A stretch of DNA of 64,000 bases from the NCBI GenBank assembly GCA_964610055.1, contig CAZSUC010000002.1, positions 18,283-82,282 of the forward strand. Reading direction: 5' to 3'. The position numbers were made by a program, and so were the translations under genes. Positions 62,946-64,000 of this stretch are shown here, one piece after another (position 1 is the stretch's first letter; each line of letters starts with the position of its first letter). This stretch comes from an uncultured Candidatus Saccharibacteria bacterium. GTDB taxonomy: Bacteria; Patescibacteriota; Andersenbacteria; UBA10190. The notes beneath the pieces were generated by a model. The model did no database searches. It was not told where the DNA came from and saw only the letters and a list, made by a program, of their open reading frames with translations.

Positions 62946-63600
62946 GGTGAGTCCAGAACAGACGAGTGTAAGCGGCACTAACTTCATAACTCATTTTGAG
63001 GCGAGCGTAAAAACCGGGTAATAATCCATATTTAATTTCTTTGATGGTTTGAGAAAGATGAGGAAAGATTCTGTAATCGTAGCCATGCCCGTGATAACGA
63101 GCATAAAAATTAAGGGCAGCCTCAATGCGAAAGCGGCGTTTATATGGAGCTGGGACTTGATTCCAAAGTGAACGAGTGACGGCTCTTTCGCCACTTAGCA
63201 GAGGGACAATGTGTAATAGCCAGGGAAACCAAGAGAAAGCGACTCGAGGGTGCATGGCAATAAACATGTCGTGCTGACCCTGAATAACGGGAGTTAAAAT
63301 AGCAGTTATATCAGCGGTAGTAAGACCGATAACGTCAGCATCGCAAAAAAAGAAAATGTCGGATTTAGAAGCCTCAATACCTGCTTGCAAGGCAGCGCTT
63401 TTGCCTTGGTTTGAAGTGAAGCGGATTAGAGTAACCGGGTATGTGCTGACAATTGCGCTGGTGTTATCGGATGAGCCATCGTCAATAACAATAATTTCAT
63501 GGAAGGCAGAGGAAGACGTTAAAGTCTTCAGAACGAGTCCAATGCGGTTAGCTTCATTAAAAGCAGGAACAATGGCAGAAACTGGAGGTTGAGGGGGCAT
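62926..63600 (-). CDS. GT2 family glycosyltransferase
   Basis: IVPAFNE, IDDGSSD, FFCDAD, LSGER; similar to the C-terminal domain of 27799..29244. Confidence 0.92.
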   Translation of the reverse strand: MPPQPPVSAIVPAFNEANRIGLVLKTLTSSSAFHEIIVIDDGSSDNTSAIVSTYPVTLIRFTSNQGKSAALQAGIEASKSDIFFFCDADVIGLTTADITAILTPVIQGQHDMFIAMHPRVAFSWFPWLLHIVPLLSGERAVTRSLWNQVPAPYKRRFRIEAALNFYARYHGHGYDYRIFPHLSQTIKEIKYGLLPGFYARLKMSYEVSAAYTRLFWTHLISLAQ

Positions 63601-63662
63601 GATCAAAAAGAAAGTGCTTAGACAAAATGATTATACCTAATTTAAGAACGAGGCAGCTAGGC

Positions 63663-63671
63663 TGTGGATAA
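63663..63671 (-). promoter_or_regulatory. perfect DnaA box
   Basis: TGTGGATAA, which is TTATCCACA on the minus strand. Confidence 0.5.
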
Positions 63672-63897
63672 ATGAAGATGATTATAGGTAATGAGCAGAG
63701 CGTGCAAGAAAATATGATTCAGAAAAAACGAAATAGAAGCGGAGTGTAGGGCGTAAAATGCTAATGTTTCTTTTTTGTTCACACGAATTCTACACAGGAT
63801 GTACGAATTCTTTTCGCTTCGGAAAAATTCCGGTATATTGGGATAGTGCTTTTGAAAAGAGAGCCAAGATTTAATCCTTCACTTTTGTTTCCACCAT

Positions 63898-64000
63898 ATG
63901 GTGACTGAGATTCGCAAGCGGGACGGGAAAGTGGTCCCTTTCTCCCCGGAAAAAATCACAAATGCTATTTATAAGGCTCTGCTTTCAACAGGTGAAGGTG
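63898..64000 (+). CDS. ATP-cone domain protein, partial (probably ribonucleotide reductase)
   Basis: MVTEIRKRDGKVVPFSPEKITNAIYKAL is an ATP-cone N-terminus; runs off the window. Confidence 0.8.
   Translation, partial: MVTEIRKRDGKVVPFSPEKITNAIYKALLSTGEG

Noticed and set aside
1-64000. Prophage, IS element, integron or known defence island
   Set aside because: No integrase, transposase, structural phage genes, attC-like arrays or recognisable defence genes; the many short antisense ORFs in the track are shadows of real genes.

Overview
A 64-kb, gene-dense bacterial chromosome segment read with the standard genetic code (TGA is used as a stop). Gene style suggests Patescibacteria/CPR (inference): compact genes, an EF-P lacking the PGKG loop, a single-chain UvrD-nuclease fusion, DsbA/VKOR, and efflux pumps without a nearby TolC. 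The + strand is visibly G/T-rich throughout. Content: a P1B-type ATPase with an atypical CADD metal site; a TetR-controlled RND pump with a visible operator; ABC-2 and two MacAB-like exporters; eno, typA, queA, dus, pyk, ppsA, lgt, efp, malic enzyme, a sigma-70 factor, GH1 and GT2 enzymes; a dispersed nonulosonic-acid cluster (NeuB fusion, SDR, AKR, YhcH, NeuA); and the first codons of an ATP-cone protein at the right edge. I found no rRNA, tRNA, CRISPR array, transposase or integrase. The best candidate for an undescribed system is 20.5-27.8 kb, where an OmpR-family two-component system, a MacAB-like exporter and secreted DUF5666-like or Pro/Gly-rich proteins share a four-copy ATGAA(G/A)-N6-TGAAG box next to their -10 elements. 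One of these promoters abuts a ~180-nt highly structured non-coding element. Other signals are pervasive TANNNT-N6-ATG (leaderless) starts, self-contained GC-richer orphan cassettes, an esterase-glycosyltransferase fusion and two unannotated small proteins. All calls are by eye; no searches were run.
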